A model generated the notes under the pieces. It saw only the letters and a list, made by a program, of their open reading frames with translations. It had not been told where the DNA came from and searched no databases. Positions 24,401 through 37,950 of a DNA stretch of 64,000 bases are shown here, in pieces. The stretch's first letter is position 1, and the number at the start of each line of letters is the position of its first letter. The stretch is from Lepidodermella squamata (Eukaryota; Animalia; Gastrotricha). The stretch covers positions 1,550,001 to 1,614,000 of the forward strand of contig JBLDXI010000025.1 in NCBI GenBank assembly GCA_047495785.1. Reading direction: 5' to 3'. Both the position numbers and the translations under genes were made by a program.

Positions 24401-27400
24401 ATTGGAGAATTTAGTGAAAACTCGCAATGCTAATAGAAAGCTCCATTACCCCATTACTAGATAATTGTTCGAAAACTTTGTATTTGTTGGAAATGCCCAT
24501 TTTAGGCGGTTCGAAGAAAGTTCATTTGACATGATTTTTCGCGTTAGACTGCTAGAAATGATTAAGCTTTCGATTAAAACATAATTTTAGCAAAAATCGG
24601 GATAGATTTAATGAAGCTTATCCAAATTGAAAACTTGAAAAGCAGTTGAAAGGGAAAATTTGGGGGAAATTGCCGATAGGTGAACTTGATTTTTTATTCG
24701 TTTCCTATTACTTTTAAGTTTTTAACTGCGAAATTAAATATTGGAGCTTCATTTACTGTGGGTGGGGAGGGGGAATTGTAACTGGCTTTGTTATTTTCGG
24801 TATTCCACCCGGTTAACGTAATTTCTCTGGATCTTTTATTCCTGATGGCAATCTTTCCTGTTAATCATACTCATGATATATCAAATAAATTTTTGTCTAG
24901 CTTCACATTGATTTTCCCAGCTTCCTTCTCCTCTGTTTGGAACACATTTTGGCTGTACTTGGCTGGATTTTGGATTCATTAATTCGAGGGAATCTGGTCA
25001 CAAAATTCAGGAAGAACCCACGTTTATTTTCCATTTTGTTTTATTTACGGAGCTTCTCAATCACCTAAAAAATTGTATATAGATGAACCGCAATTTAAAT
25101 GAATTTGTAAGCTTGTTTTTGTTGAAATGTTCTAATAGAATTGTGGTTACCTTGCCGTAGCGGATGATAATTTTGGAATGTGTTTTACAAAATGGGAAGT
25201 AATCCAGAAATGTATGATATTTCATACGAATCCCGCGAATTCCAATTCATCTACGCAGATTTGCGATTTTGAAAATTTTACCAGGTTTTTTGTGATTTAG
25301 AAAATTTGTCCATTGAATTGGCTTCTAGTTGTAGACGCTCAATTTTCATACGGAATGGTATTGTGAATCAATTTTCAAAATTTTAAAATTTTCTCGCCGT
25401 TGCTAATTTTTCTTTCCGTTGCTTCTTTCAGCCCTGCGACGTCTGCCTGGCCTTTGCGCATCTCCAGTTCCGATCCGCCAGTGCTTCCTGACGCCCGAAT
25501 CGCTGCCACCAACCACCCGCAACTGGTTCTTCCAAGGCCGCACCGGTGGACCGCCGCCGCAGCTCAACACGGACGCGCCGCAGTGCATCGTCGACAACTC
25601 TCGCCGGTCGAAATTCCGCTGCATCTGCGCGTCATGGGCGATCGCCAGCGACGACCTGTCGCGCTGCATCCCGAACAACCCGTGCCTGGACACGGAGACC
25701 AACACCGATCACTGCTCGCCGAACGGCAAGTGCCGCTACTCTGAGTACGCGCGCCGCGATTTCGTCTGCGACTGCAACCCCGGCTTCGTCAACCCGGCCG
25801 GCCGCGCCGATGTCTGCGTCGACCCGCTCGACGCCGCCACGACCAACGCCTCGAACATCTGCTTCAAACGGCCGAATCTGTGCGGTCAGCGCATCGGCGC
25901 CGGCATCTGCAAGGTTGGCCCGCCCTCCGATCCGACCATGTTCACGTGCCTGTGCAAACCTGGCTACGAACTGTCGATGAACGGCATGGATTGCCTGCTG
26001 CGGCGCGGCTCGGCTGGTGTCCGAAACGACACAACTGTCCTGCTGCCCGGCACTCCGCCCGTCGATTTCGCCACGCATCCTTGCTACAGCGATCGTTCGC
26101 TGTGTGGTCAGAACACGTTTTCGGGCAAATGCGTCATTTTGGCTGGCAATCGGTTCTACTGCCAGTGCGGTTCTGGGTTCGATGCGTCGGCGGACGGCCG
26201 TAGCTGCGTTAGGTCGAAGCCGGTTGACGAGAAGGCGTACAACGACATCAAGAACGTGTTTGTCGAGTCGTGGAACAACGGCACTATGGTTACGCGGTCT
26301 GCTTTTGCTGTTGCTTTCAAGGTATGTAGCTATGGCATTACTTTTCCTAGGTCTCAAAGAGTTTACCGGGATGCAGTCGATAAAAAATGTCGTACAATAG
26401 GTCAGTATAGTTAAATAATGAAAAGCGGTTTTGGCAAATTTTGAGATTTCCAGGTGTCGTCAAAGATCTGTGAACGAATTTCCAAGTTTCCAAGTTTCGA
26501 AAAAAGCTGGTCTTAGATATTCTTAGAATAGCCACTGCTCTTATTTCTCCCGGACTCGACAAATAGCAAAACAAAATTGGAAAATTATTCGTAGGGGCTT
26601 CTATTTGAGGGAGGCAATTATTAACCCAAAAACATCACATCATTAAAGCCATTAAAGCCGAACGGCATCTTTTCCTGCCACCCTATATTTAAAAAATCCT
26701 GTAGGGTGACTAAAACCCCAGGGTGTCTAATAGCGCGCTTTGAAATCGAATAAATTCGGAGATAACGGATAAATTACCAGTGTCTGGAAGGCTTGGGGAT
26801 GAGCTAGAAGCCGTTTTTTGGGATTGTCACCAAACTGCACTAAAGTGTCATCAAAATTGATTTTGCGCGAAGTATCACCTATGGCCCAACTGAAATGCAT
26901 TTCTAGATAGATCTCATCATCCTGATGAACTTTTGCTTTGAGAGCGGCTTCCTAGCTATCACAGTTCTTGAGATAATCGTCCAGGTGTGACAACAGGTAA
27001 GGTCACGTGACAATGACAACTTGACACTGGAATATCTCAATAACGGTAGATGATAAAAATATGCGGTTCTCAGATTCTCAATCCCCGAATTTTTCTCTAT
27101 CGGAAAAGCACGAATAGGGAAAGAAAAACAAAAATATTTTCCGAAAACGTTCTTGATATGGGTTGATAATCCGACAGGTTGACATGAGAACCCTCCAAAA
27201 GGCCACATGATTTTCCATTGGCTTCAACCCGTTTTTCAGCCGCCTGGCTATTTTCGAGAGGGTTATTGTGTAATTACGGAGTTCAACAATCTGCTTGCCT
27301 GTGATCGGAATCGAACAAAAACTAAGACCAGTACTACTCATCGGTAGTGAGATATCGTAGAATGAGAATAGGAAACAGCTGGTATAGCATTATTACTGTA

Positions 27401-29586
27401 ATATCTGTAACAAAATCGATTTTTTTGAATCTTAGGACGCTTTCCGCCCTTCGACTGTCATCCCAGAAGAAGCTACCCGCCTGCGCGTTGAAGCCTGCCT
27501 CCGCGCCACGCCCCTGCTGGTCGCCGACGAGCGCAACGTCAACGAATATGCCGGACTTGCCGACGAACGCCGCAAGACGCTGCTGGCTAACAGCCGCCGC
27601 AGGCTGCTCGGCGTTGCTTCGAACCGCCTGACCCGCATCGGCTACATCCTCGCCCTGCAAGAGCAAACCGCTCGTCTCGAACTCGGCGCTTTCGTCCTTG
27701 GCAACACGTCCTCAGACCACGAGGTCGAATACCTGCGAGTGCCGTACTCTGGCGATGTCCAATCACACAGCCACTTCGCCCTGGACGGTTCCATCTCACC
27801 GAACCTTCTAGCTTACACCACGAATGCCGGCAAATCCCTGGTCACCTGCTCCAGCTTCCTGGCACCACCGCCTGAGCATGCCGAGGTGCACAATCACAAG
27901 ACCGGCGCGAATGAACCGCCTCTTTTCGGCGGCGTCGATTGCATCACTCTGGTCCGCGATTTCGAGCCAACTTTCACGTCGATCGACATCGCCACCCGCC
28001 AGCGTTCCCTGGTCTGGACTGATATGCCTCGCGTCGACAACGATTTAGGCCGCCGTGACATTGCCGCTGTTAGCGAGGTTCAGCTGTCGGAAATCTTCTC
28101 GCTCGAGTTCAGCCAGGACGATGCTGCGATCTTTGAGCGCAACATCTTGAAGCGCCGCCAGTCTATCCACGAGTTCTGGATGGCAAAGAGCGCCGGCGCG
28201 CCTGGCCAGCAGTTGGTTACTGCGTATGACCCGATCAACGACAAGCTGACGTGGATTTATGGCTTTGAATACGTTGCGGACGAATCGCCGGAAATGGCTG
28301 ATAAGAACGTCTTCGGTATCATTGTCATGTCGTACGACTACACGCAGGGATTGATTTCGTCCAAGGTGTTCGCTGAGCTGGTTGTTCCGAAGGCTATTGC
28401 ACCGGCGAAGGTTATCTACTCGACGTAAGTTGAAATTATGGGAACAAGTTTTCGAAGCTTCAAAAATCAGCCCAAGCTCAACACATTTTGGGAAGTAGAT
28501 TTGGGATTTTTTCATGCTGGGGAATCTTTTCACTGCATAAACCCTTTCTGGACCCTTGCCAGAGTGTTAGTTGGTAGAATTCAAGGGATCCGTGTGCGGG
28601 GGTAGGGAAGGGGAGGGGTTCCAGGCAAGAAAACTCAAACAAACCACAGGGGGACCCTGCAATCCGATCGATTCGGGGCTGAAAATACCCAAACGTACCC
28701 CAATCTCGAGGATCCTGCTTCATCCACTGCTGGGGATCTCGAATCTTTTCGAAAATTCTGTTGCGTGCCTCCTCGTGTTTCTACCTTGCCAGCATACTTA
28801 TTCTGGTTCAACGGAGTGGTTCATTTCTTCTTATCCTTTTACAGACGTGTCAAGCTGGCAATTTCCAATGGCGTTGCCGCCCTTACCCTGCCGGATACCC
28901 AGCAACTGTGGTTCTTCCCAATCCCGACTGAGGACACTCGCATCTTCCCGATCGTTCAAAAGATCAACAAGATCGTCGCGGCTTCCTTCTCCGCTTCCAC
29001 CCCGGAGACCTCGTATCCCGCTAGCGGTAGAAATGCTTTCAGAGTTACGTGAAACCTCGCTAACTTCATTTTTCATACTTTCCAGCTTGCGACCATTGCT
29101 TTGGCGTTTGCCTGTCGTCGACAAAGGACACCGTTTGCGTATGCCCTGAGGACAACTCGCCACACTCGAGCTGCATGCCTCTTGGCACTGCCCACACGAT
29201 GTGGCCGTCACACAGCCACCACGAAGGATCTGCGGCCACTATCGCCATCGCTGTTATCGTAGTCTTTGTCCTCATCGGCCTTATCGCTATCGCGGCAGTC
29301 TTCGTTGTCCGCTCGTGCGGTGGCATTTCTCAAACCGTGTCCCGCGCTCGCACCTTGGTAAGAAATTCCGCTCATTTTCGAAATTGTATTCTATATATTT
29401 TTCACGCAGGTTGCGACTCGTGGCCGTGCCGATGACGTCCGGCCGCTTCATGACGAAGATGAAGAAGGTTCACCGAGTGGCGACAAGAAGCGCGGTCTTC
29501 ACATGCCGGCACTGTTCCAGTCGAACCAAGCTGGTTACGTCGCCTTTGACCGGAGCAACGAGAATGTCTCACTCAGCAACAATTGA
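18498..29586 (+). CDS. LRP/pro-EGF-like type I membrane receptor (degenerate YWTD propellers, EGF modules, one LDLa-like module), about 1722 aa
   Basis: Phase-compatible exons 18498-18564, 19163-19815, 20470-21182, 21238-21334, 21901-22548, 23637-24117, 25432-26321, 27436-28424, 28845-29026, 29086-29357, 29410-29586. Signal peptide MGRSIVAFCVLASFASCAIA; LVYITD/LYYLD/LVWTD motifs; EGF CxC motifs; CPDNADESSAVC; TM IAIAVIVVFVLIGLIAIAAVFVV. The exon 2 acceptor is uncertain. Confidence 0.8.
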
Positions 29587-30401
29587 ACTCGATTAATTTA
29601 TTCTTCACATTGACTGAAATATCTCAAATTGTTTATCAAAACTCCTCGTGTTTGATCTGGTCTTATACAGATGTAAATATACGCCGCAATTCATCTTTCC
29701 AACCGCAAGTGCGTGCCCAAATGTTGAATTATATTATGCTCAAGTTTATGCTAAATTATGAACGAGTTTGATTTGTAGATCTGATGCTTCAACATAACAG
29801 CTAATAAAACTGAAAACTGACGGTCTTATCATGATTTATCTTAGCTGCAATGGAAATTATGAAGAATTTAGGGGTCTACATCGAGAGGCCCAGGCAAGAA
29901 AAACCCCAACAACACCACATGGGGAACTTTTGGTCAGATAAATGCGGGGATGAAACTACCCACACGTACCTTACAACTCGAGGATCCACTAACTTGGCGC
30001 CATGAAATGAAATGGATCGATGTAAATGGATCAGAAAACAGAGTACAACCAGGAGACAGATTTTTTGCGAAACTCAACTTCGAGGAAACAGAAAACCTTT
30101 TGATTATGGCCTCCACATAGTTTCAGCTGTCTTAACATTGTGGATTTAACATAGTCGCTTGTCGATTGGACATATTCTGATTCATGTCAAGATGATCCCG
30201 AAGGAAGACAATCGCCTTCAAGAAAAACGCATTTTGGCGAATAAGCAGCTTGGTTTGACACGTCGCTCTATCTCAGAAACACCCCAGTTTCTGATAACGC
30301 TTCTTATCAGATGTTTCTTTGATTTGGCACTTTGAAAGTTAGATAAGGTTCTAGTTCTGGGTGAAAACCCAGTTCTCTTTCTGGGTGAGAAATAACGATC
30401 C

Positions 30402-32462
30402 ATGTCTGACGCGGCTCCTCCTCAATATCTTAATGTTGTCAGTCTTATTCCAGCGGCTTCGAACGACGAACTACTTCGAGCTAAAATTGCTCAGCTTGAC
30501 TTGAGTAATGTGGAGAAGCGATTGCGTGCGGAAAACCATGAATTAACCAAAGGGAGCGTGAAAGATCTGTCCGAGCGATACCGATTGTTGTTGTTCCAAT
30601 TGGCAAAGAATGAGAACCATGACCGAGCCCTGCCGTTAGATGAAATGCTGGATGAATGCTGGCGAATACATATCCTCCACACCCGACAGTACATGGCAGA
30701 CTGTCTCAACATAGCTGGGAGGTATATTCACCGATTCGCAGGTGTCGCTTCTTGGGTACAAGGATCTGCCAGTCCTCAAGTGGAAGATGGAATGCAATCA
30801 TCACCGCTCAATCGTTTTCAAACGGAAGAGCCTCCACCTCCCTATTCTGCACAGCAGGAAGCAGGAGCGGGCGACTCAGCTGCGCAAACTCGTTTCCAAC
30901 CTGAATTAGCCGCGTTATATGGCGTAGTTACCGGTTTGGACTTGGCTGGTGTCAAAGAAAGTCTTATTAAGCGGAAAAAATATGCCGCTGCATTTGTGGA
31001 CAGCTTAGAGCTTGAATACAAGCGATTTCTCTTCCTGATTGCCTCTAATCCAGGAAAGATTTTCGTTCCTTGGACGAATAGACTCGACGACATGTGGCAT
31101 GAGCATATTACATACGACACTGAGAAATACATGGCGGATTGCAATATAATTGCAGGGCGTTACATTCACCACGATCCTTCTTTCACTATCGGATCATCGC
31201 GCCAGGTTTCTGGACTGCAAGCTACAAAGTTGGCTTACTTCCAAATGAAAGACCTCCTGAAATGGGAATGTAAGTTTTTTATTAAGTGCTCAACACTCGT
31301 CGACTCCAAGCATTAGGGCCTGTTTCTGAGCCAAGAAGCTGCGTGAACACTATGAGAATCAGATGCCGAAGCGAATATGGGATTTTTCGCCACCTGCAGT
31401 TTGTGAGTCTTTTTCAATTAGACCGACTGTAACTCAAATCCCCCACTTCAGGTGATAGCCTTGTCCGCCATTATAGTAACCATTGTCCTGATGGATATCA
31501 GCGAAACAACTGACCAGCTCTGGGTGATAATTCCTCTCATCTTCACTTGTATTACCGCTGTTAGCGGTTTATGGTTCCGGACATGCTATTGCTGGGCATA
31601 CTCACGCTTCAATGTAGTATAAACTAGATGAAATTCATTATATTTTCTATCGATTATTCGCTCTGTTTCAAGGATGTTTGGGTGATGGTTCCTTACATTG
31701 TTATAATTACCATCGCGGCTGTTAATACTGGGAAGTCGAAGCATGACGACAATGCTCTATTCACAGTATTGGTAAAAACCATCAACCGTTTTCAATCATG
31801 ATAATAATCACAATTATCAAATGAACCTATAGGTAATGGAGGGATTTGTCTTGCTCAGTCACCTTAGTGTCAGCGTAGCGATGTGCTTTGCCAGCACTAA
31901 CACGAAAATGATAGATCCTCCAGATGTACCTTCTGGCGGGCTTTGGTGTCCATCCGCTGCAGCCTCACAAGAGCATCCAAGCATTGTGATAAAGACGGCT
32001 TACGGTGAAGAAGTCAAACGCCGCCTCGAGGAACAGTGGCTGAGGCGAGCGCAAGCTCGAATAGCGTCCGAGCGAATTAACTTTGGATCACCACCACCTA
32101 GAATCCGTAAATGGCATGATGATGAATATTCACAACAAATCTTGGGTTTTTTTAATTTTCAGATGGTTCGCCAGGTGGAATTATGGTAATTGTCGATGAT
32201 TCTCATCACCATCATCACCACCATTCACACGGTATCCACACCATTCATGATCACGATCACCATGAACTTCATCACGATCATCATTGGGATCATGGGCATG
32301 ACAGCAGTCACGGTTGGGATTCTGGCGGAGCAGATGTTGGCGGAGGCGGTTGCGGAGGAGGAGATTCTGGCGGGGGCTGCGGCGGAGGAGGCTGCGGAGG
32401 TATGAAAGCTTTACTTCATAGACAATTCTTGCTGTAATTCTGCCCTCATAGGCGGTGACTAA
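30402..32462 (+). CDS. Glycine-rich-domain (GRDP-like) protein: two DxxW(H/R)xH domains, about 4 TM, His-rich tract, GGCGG tail
   Basis: Exons 30402-31269, 31317-31402, 31452-31613, 31673-31771, 31833-32106, 32163-32399, 32452-32462, all GT-AG and phase-compatible. Motifs LDECWRIHILHTRQYMADC and LDDMWHEHITYDTEKYMADC...YIHHDP. Confidence 0.75.
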
Positions 32463-32638
32463 TCACTTGAACAAACGTAGCAGATACTCCGATTTTGCAT
32501 AAATTCTTTGAAGTTCAACCTGGTATAAATGAAGTAAAATGAAACCAACACCCAGCACATGTAATCACTAGTGTAATCAGCCCAAGTGTAAGCATTTGGA
32601 TCAGAGAAAAAGTTGGTACGTATCAATCACAATTTTAT

Positions 32639-34640
32639 TCAAAAACGAGCCTCTTGCACTTCTTGCATCTCTTGCAAATCAAGGCCTATCTCCTCAGGTC
32701 GAATGATGGCAAATGGCGGGGCTTTTTCTAACTCATCCTTACTGTGATCTTCCATGTTGACTGTTGATTGATTCAAATTTTCAACAGGGACACATTTTTT
32801 CGTTCGCCTCAGTCGCAGGAGAGAGGCGAGAAATTTTGGCTTGAAAGTTGGCGAAACAGGGAAATAACGAAACATTGGTTTACTCGCTATCCAGTATCCT
32901 ATTAATGGCAAATCGTAGCATTCGCGGGATGTCATTGTCGGACCTTGGCTGGTGAAATCAGCAACGGTTTCATTTCGCTCAAGCGTGTCGTCAAACAAAT
33001 CAAGACCGCGTTGCCGCCGAGTCGCACCAGGAACAGTATTATCCAACACAAACCCAATCAAACCTCCAACAAGCATTCCTGTCGAAAGTAGTACAACAAG
33101 AATTTGATCGAACGTTTCTGAGCCAGTTTTAATTTGACCAGAATTTCGCTTAACCCAAATCGGCATAGCCAGGCCAAGGAACATTGACAAGCCGAGGATG
33201 ATAAGATTCCGGGTTAGATTCAGGTCCACGAATTGGAGGTTCGAAAATCCGACTGATGCAACCATAGAGAACATGGCGATAAAAACGCCGCCAATAATCG
33301 GATCTGGAATTGAGACGAATACCCCTGCGATTTTCGTCACACAGCCGCAAATTATGAAAATAACTGCTGTCACAAGGACAACTCGTCGACTAGCGACGCC
33401 TGTGATACCAATAGCGCCTATATTTTCCGAGTATGACGTCACACCAGGTACTCCAAAGCTGCCTGAGATGATGCAGCCTAGTCCTTCAGCGGCTATTCCT
33501 CGGTTTATGGCATGGGGTGGCGGGCGGGGAACAGTGCAAATCCTGGCACAGGCACAATAGTCACCGATTGATTCGACGATAGATGCGAAGGTCGAGGCTA
33601 TCATGCCAAGAACTGTAGGTAGAAATACGTGAGGAACACCCCACTGACCGGAATAAGGAACTCGGAACCAAGGTGTCGAATCAATATGTCCAGTTCTCAG
33701 ATCAGTTCGACCTAAATCATGGCAAAAACCAATCAAAACATATCTGAATAAGAATCAACATACCAGCATAGCCGTATCCACTCGTTGGCGAGTCAGGAAA
33801 AACTGAAGTGGCTGTTAATATAGCACACAATCCCCATGAAGTTAAAATAGCTAGCAGAACCGGGAATAACCCGAAAAGTGGGCGCCAAATAACTTCGAAT
33901 TTCGGCCTTTCCCGCAGCGAAAAGCTCACAGTTGGTAGAGGAACGTTCACATCGGTGAGGAAAAGGCAGAACGTTATTATCAGGCCCAGCGTCAGAAGAG
34001 CGATCGGCCAATTTTTCGCTGCATAGTGGCTGACAGCGTCATCTACAAGGCATAAACCGATCAATGCGGTTGTAGGCCCTATTGTCAACGGTCCAACGTG
34101 TTTAAAAATCAAACCAACGAGCCCAGAAATGCCGATAAGAAATTCTAAGACGCCAGCGAGAATTACTCCACCTTGGATCACCACGAGTCGCGACATCCAG
34201 AGCTCGCGGTGTTCGTCACTTCCGACTACGATTTTCTCGGATGAGTAATCAGAATCAGGTGGGCAGCGGAACATGTCAACACTTTGAAGTGCAACAATGG
34301 GTGCGATAAATCCAAAAGACGCGCCTTGCATGATGGGCAAACGACTTCCGATGAGGGTTTGAATTAGGGTGCAGATGCCGTTGACTACCATGAGCGAACC
34401 CATGAGCTCAGAGCGGCCTCGTACGTCCGGTCCCATGCAAGAGGCCTCGGCCAATATTGCTGGCATTGCAATTGTTCCTTATAGGAGTCACTCAGTAAAT
34501 TGGATCCGACATTATTAAGGTGGTATCATACCTCCCAAAGACGTGAGAAACTGTTGGAAACCGAGAAGCAAGCATACATGAATAGGCGGTGCAGCGTTGA
34601 TCGAATACAAAATTTTAATTCCTTGCTTTGAGCCTTCCAT
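32639..34640 (-). CDS. SLC23A: SLC23/NAT family nucleobase transporter
   Basis: Exons 34640-34532, 34477-33764, 33711-32639. Motifs LGFQQFL, GSRLPIMQG, VESIGDY and the NAT signature TSYSENIGAIGITGVASRRV. The symbol is family-level only. Confidence 0.92.
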
Positions 34641-34779
34641 TCTCTACCCCACATTCCGTTTTATATACAGTAGTGTATGATACTAACTCATGAGTGCATG
34701 CAATGCAATAGTGATGAAGCCCAGTTCATGCGCCGGTTTTCACGCATGAAAAATTGCAAGAACCACAGCGGATGATGTT

Positions 34780-35345
34780 CATGATTGCCTTTTTTCATGA
34801 ATATTTGACCCGCAGGTCCGAAACTCTAAGTGGCTCTCAGATGGATACCTAAGATGTAACATAGTGAGAATTTGCAAGGGCGAGTATTTTTTCTGAATAT
34901 GCATGAACGCACGCATCCCTTGGCCGACTCTGAAAGGTTGAGTCTTCGTTGGGTCGGCGTCAATCAAAAACACGCTATTCACCTCGTAACTTTGATTTGG
35001 AGCTGCTTACATCATCAAGCACCAGTAGCGATGCAACTGCGATGCAAGCGATGCCGGCTAACCGAAACCAGTTAATACGATGTTCGCCGCTCTGAAGCAA
35101 TGTTCAAACCAGCTTTCAAAAAGGAACGCGGCACGCTAAGCTTGAGCTATCGCAGGCCGGACTGGTGGAACGTACTGCCGACCGAAGTTCATCAAGCAGC
35201 ATCGGCCAAGAAGCTGTCGCGAAGCTGGGTAAAATCATTGTAATGACTCTACCAATGTTGGGAAATTAAAGTTAAATAAAATTAGCGTAGGCCTTGTTCT
35301 GGTTATGCTTGAGATAAAATAAAATGTAATTTGTGATTTTATTAT
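34780..35345 (+). mobile_element. Degenerate 3' end of an L2-clade LINE
   Basis: Reads ...LSLRWVGVNQKHAIHLVTLIWSCLHHQAP...(stop)...RGTLSLSYRRPDWWNVLPTEV..., resembling the L2 ORF2 C-terminus. Its 3' UTR (35216-35340) matches 49560-49690 and, inverted, 37820-37950. Confidence 0.65.
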
Positions 35346-35389
35346 TTTTTTTAATGTTTATTTGCTTGCTTCTTGTTGCCTGCTTATAA

Positions 35390-35422
35390 CTGATACTGAT
35401 ACTGATACTGATACTGATACTG
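35390..35422. repeat. (CTGATA)n hexanucleotide microsatellite
   Basis: About five copies directly visible. Confidence 0.9.
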
Positions 35423-35589
35423 TTTTATTTTGCAATTTGTCTTTCAACATTTAGCAATTAGGAATTAACAATACGTTAAGTTATGGCGCCTCACCACAGA
35501 AATTGTGAATTTTTCCAAGTCAGCACTACATTCCACAATGTCTTTTACTAGCCATAGAAAGCCGCCGTAGGATCAAACGAAGCGACCAA

Positions 35590-36200
35590 AGAAGGCGAAG
35601 CATAAACGCACTCGGGCGAATATTCAATATTCTGTAAACAATCCGATACAGCCTTGAAATTACTAGTAGGCTCAAACTTTTCTTTGTTATACGCACCAGC
35701 AAACTGTTTCCTGAAAACTTTTCCTGAAAACTTCAGCCTTTTCCGAGTCGCTAACAATTGGTTCGTTTTCATACACGATGGCAGGTATAGCAGGACGAGA
35801 GCTAAATCGAAGCGAGAAGTAGTTGTATAAATCATTAATTTCACTATTTGGCAGTAGATTGTCTTCATAACTACGCCGGGCCTTACGGATTTTGGTGTCG
35901 TAAAGGCTACTGGCAGTTTTGTAGCGAACATAGTTAGGTGATGTTTTTCCATTTTTTACCCAATTGGCAAACAAACGGCTTTTACGGTTAGATAGCCGCA
36001 CAAGTTCAGAGGACATCCACGGCATTCGACGCTTCTTTCGTTTGCGCGACTTACACCGAGGTACAAACAGCAAGATTCCCTTATAAAGAGCATGAAGATA
36101 ACGAGTATAGCAAAGGTCCACAGATAGATTAGCGAATGTCTCTATCCAGTTAATAGAATCCAGATAGTTAGAGAAACTGACGTAGTCACATTTGTTGAAT
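35590..36200 (-). mobile_element. CR1-like LINE ORF2 fragment (endonuclease-RT linker)
   Basis: FNKCDYVSFSNYLDSINWIETF...MPWMSSELVRLSNRKSRLF...IVSDSEKAEVF is typical of the CR1/L2 linker. Frameshifted, and truncated at the palindrome boundary. Confidence 0.8.
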
Positions 36201-36206
36201 GATGAT

Positions 36207-36866
36207 GATGATGATGATGAGTTTTCGCTGGAAGACCAGGAGAGATCGATTACCTGGTCGAGGGTGATTGCAATCTTTGTCAGCAAGGCATACATTCAAG
36301 ATGACGATTGCAAGGCCGAGTGGAAGATGACAACTGACCAGCGTAAAATGTCGCTTCTTTGCAAGTTGGACAGAAGCTCGACAGGCGATCTCCTTCCGGC
36401 ACTTGCAAGATTAAACAACACGCCGTCGATTTCTCAGTTTGACTGTGAATTCGACGAGAAGCGCAGTCGATTCGACGAAGACTGTGCTGCCCTTCTAGCG
36501 AAAATTATTGAGAAAGCCAAAGCTACCATCCGCCTTCAAGACTTGCCACCCCCTCCAGCATATGAAAATGTCGCGAAGGTTGTGCGTGCAGAAGCACTCA
36601 CTCCTACATTGTTGATGGTACAACCGCGTGACAGCGCAATTCAGATTGATAATTCTCCCGAAAATCAAGCCGAAGAGAAGAGAAAGCGGAAGCGCAACGT
36701 CGCTGCGATAGTTACGCCTGTCGTAATAATTGTCATTGCTGCCGTTATTGTTGGCGTTCTTTTTGGTGTTATTGGTAATGACTTATATTTCCGAGAAACA
36801 GCTTTCCACTATGACGGGAAAATTTCCTGTCAGTTCGGATTTCCCGTCATAGCGGAAAATTTGTGA
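36207..36866 (+). pseudogene. 5'-truncated duplicate of the last TIR/TM exon of the multi-TIR gene
   Basis: Near-identical inverted copy of 51302-50643. Starts mid-TIR5 in a GAT run fused to the CR1 fragment, with no ATG or upstream exons. Confidence 0.85.
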
Positions 36867-37574
36867 ATAACATAATGTTAGGGCAAAGTCAGACTTTGGT
36901 CCTGTCAGGGGCGTAGCCAGGAAGGGTAGTTCCTTTTTCCAAACATCTCAAAAAACATCAAACTTCTAGCGCCAGATTTATTAGGGCAATCCATTGTTTC
37001 AAAAGAATTCAGTATTAAAACTCATCCGCCCATTGTATGTTGCTGCAACATACAGTAACATACAGAAAAATCCCGCTACATGCAATATTGTTACTCAATT
37101 TTTCTGAATAAAATTGATGAAAAAGTATACCGAAAATAGCATGGCCTAATAAATGTTTCCCCGGCTGTTGAAAGTGGGCGCTCAAATTAATATAAAAACC
37201 CAACATTTCAGAAATTTTAACTTTTGATTGTGTGCTATAAAATTTGTGCTGAGAATAGCAAGAAGCCTGAAATTACTCCGAAAAGAAGATCTTACACCGA
37301 GAAATCGCCATCCCGACATAGCGGAAAATGTTTGCATATAATAATGTTAGGGCAAAGTCAGACTTCGGTCCTGCCCGTAGCCAGTTATTAACTGCGCCGC
37401 GCTCGAGCCCGTGTGCAACTTTTACTGAAAGTGGAACGATTTTGAGCATATCTCCCTTAAATACACACGCAGCCCACTGTCAAAACGAGCTGATGTGTTG
37501 GTGGAAAACAATGGGACCAGTGCTATTTTTGACCGGCCACCCGACAGAGCACGTTTCAGGCTTTGGCCCAAATA

Positions 37575-37950
37575 ATAATTTATTTATTTATTTATTATTT
37601 GAAAGCTCATACGCCCAATAGAGGGCAGCTTGACAATGTTAAGGAAAACAACATATAGTTGCAGGACAAGTTCAGATTATATGACAGGAAGGTGTAGTAG
37701 GGAAAACAAAGTTATAGATCAGACACTCAATTAATTATGTTCTGATGTCAAACTAAACGACAAAAATCGCAACAAGAATCGTTAAGTACAGCATAGCAGT
37801 ATAAACATTAAACATAAAAATAAAATCACAAATTGCATTTAATATTTCATCTCAAGCATAACCAGAACAAGGCCTCCGCTAATTTTTAACTAACTTTGAT
37901 TTCCCAGCATTGGTAGCGTAACAATGATTGTTCACAGCTTCGCGGCATTC
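37575..37950 (-). mobile_element. L2-like LINE 3' UTR fragment with (AATA)n tail (left-arm copy)
   Basis: 37820-37950 matches the reverse complement of 35216-35340. The tail appears as TTTATTTATTTA at about 37578-37600. Confidence 0.65.

Noticed and set aside
19373-29600. Many overlapping alternative-frame ORFs in the LRP-like gene
   Set aside because: Expected from GC-rich exons with few off-frame stops.
37015-37621. Duplicated small ORFs (63 aa and 97 aa, also at 49888-50494)
   Set aside because: Identical only because of the recent inverted duplication; they lie in repeat-derived sequence with no recognisable motif.
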